This document shows, in pieces, positions 33,138-33,756 of a stretch of 33,756 nucleotides of DNA (positions are counted from its first letter, which is position 1; every line of letters begins with the position of its first letter). The notes under the pieces were generated by a model. That model was not told where the DNA came from. It did no database searches and saw only the letters and a program-made list of their open reading frames with translations. The translations under genes were made by a program, and so were the position numbers. Source of the DNA: Octopus bimaculoides (Eukaryota); contig NW_026316409.1 of the NCBI RefSeq assembly GCF_001194135.2, forward strand, positions 1 to 33,756. The letters run 5' to 3'.

Positions 33138-33226
33138 TCTTTGATACTTGGCTGTTTGTACAAGAAGAACGATATTTTGTCCAAAATAACCTCTCTGTCT
33201 TGAAGTTGAGTAAATGTGAAACTCAT
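33138..33226 (-). CDS. TBC1D9: TBC1D9 exon (89 nt, phase 0/2): MSFTFTQLQDREVILDKISFFLYKQPSIK, end of second GRAM region
   Basis: tttcag|ATG...AAAGA|gtaagt; resembles the recalled family segment MTFLFANLKDRDFLVQRISDFL. Confidence 0.88.
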
Positions 33227-33249
33227 CTGAAAAACAAGAGAAAACAAAT

Positions 33250-33740
33250 AGCCATTAAAACAAGTTATCTTCCAGAGAGACCCTTTCTCTTCATTATTTG
33301 TGAGTTCACTCCCATCCCAATAACACTTAGAAAATTCAACATGGTCTCCAAACTACAAAGAAATGCACCTACTCTAAATCAATTATTCTTACAAAATCTG
33401 AAAAATTGATTAATTCACTTGTTAATAAAGTAAAAGAATGCTGCAATAATACTAGAATGGAATTTGGTATATCAAAATATGCAACTTTAGCCATGATGAT
33501 AGAGAAGAGAGCCCATTTTAAAGAGATAAACTTATCAGAAGAATGGATTTTAGAATGTGACAACAATGGATAAATGTAACTAGGCACTTGATCCTGACAT
33601 TATGCACAAAGAAATTAAGGAAAAAGTGAAAAGAATATATTTGAAGAGATTAAAGTTGGTATTCAGGTTCAAGAAATCTGGTAAATGTGATTAACACATG
33701 GGAAGTTGCTGTCATCTAATATAGTGCTAGAATAATATAT
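33250..33740 (+). mobile_element. R2-superfamily (R4/Dong-like) reverse-transcriptase relic
   Basis: Frameshifted motifs VIFQRDPFSSLFV (for IFQGDSLSPLLF), KSEKLINSLVNKV, RMEFGISKYATL, DIMHKEIKEKV..YLKRLKLV, INTWEVAVI*YSA. Confidence 0.78.
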
Positions 33741-33756
33741 ATATATATATATATAT

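Larger units (their letters stand above)
1404..33226 (-). other. TBC1D9: TBC1D8/TBC1D9-family gene, internal portion (end of GRAM2 region, TBC RabGAP domain, EF-hand); 15 coding exons in window, gene continues past both edges
   Basis: 15 exons with AG acceptors and GT donors join with matching phases into a stop-free frame of about 574 codons. Family motifs: [129 protein letters not shown]. Paralog assignment (8/8B/9/9B) cannot be resolved; this is probably the invertebrate pro-ortholog. Confidence 0.95.

Overview
AT-rich, microsatellite- and SINE-dense eukaryotic genomic DNA with five N gaps. The repeat families point to an octopus (coleoid cephalopod) genome; this is inferred from recalled SINE, MITE and LINE sequences, not from a search. 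The whole window lies inside one minus-strand gene of the TBC1D8/TBC1D9 family (GRAM-TBC RabGAP-EF-hand). I reconstructed 15 GT-AG coding exons between 33226 and 1404 (1723 nt, about 574 codons) whose phases join into one open frame. The gene continues beyond both window edges. The introns contain a hAT (hATm-like) DNA transposon with an intact 8-bp TSD, a mariner relic split by a young SINE, RTE and R4/Dong-like LINE relics, two piggyBac-type MITE families and at least three tRNA-derived SINE families. I see no strong evidence of a wholly new biological system. The best leads are RNA-level hypotheses. (1) An inverted repeat pair brackets exactly six exons (687 nt, phase 0 to phase 0) that carry both catalytic fingers. 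(2) Two codons could be converted by A-to-I editing to the residues I recall as conserved. (3) There is a possible alternative terminal exon. (4) There is a head-to-tail SINE pile-up with one inverted copy. Exon coordinates were counted to the base; repeat boundaries are approximate unless TSD/TIR positions are given.
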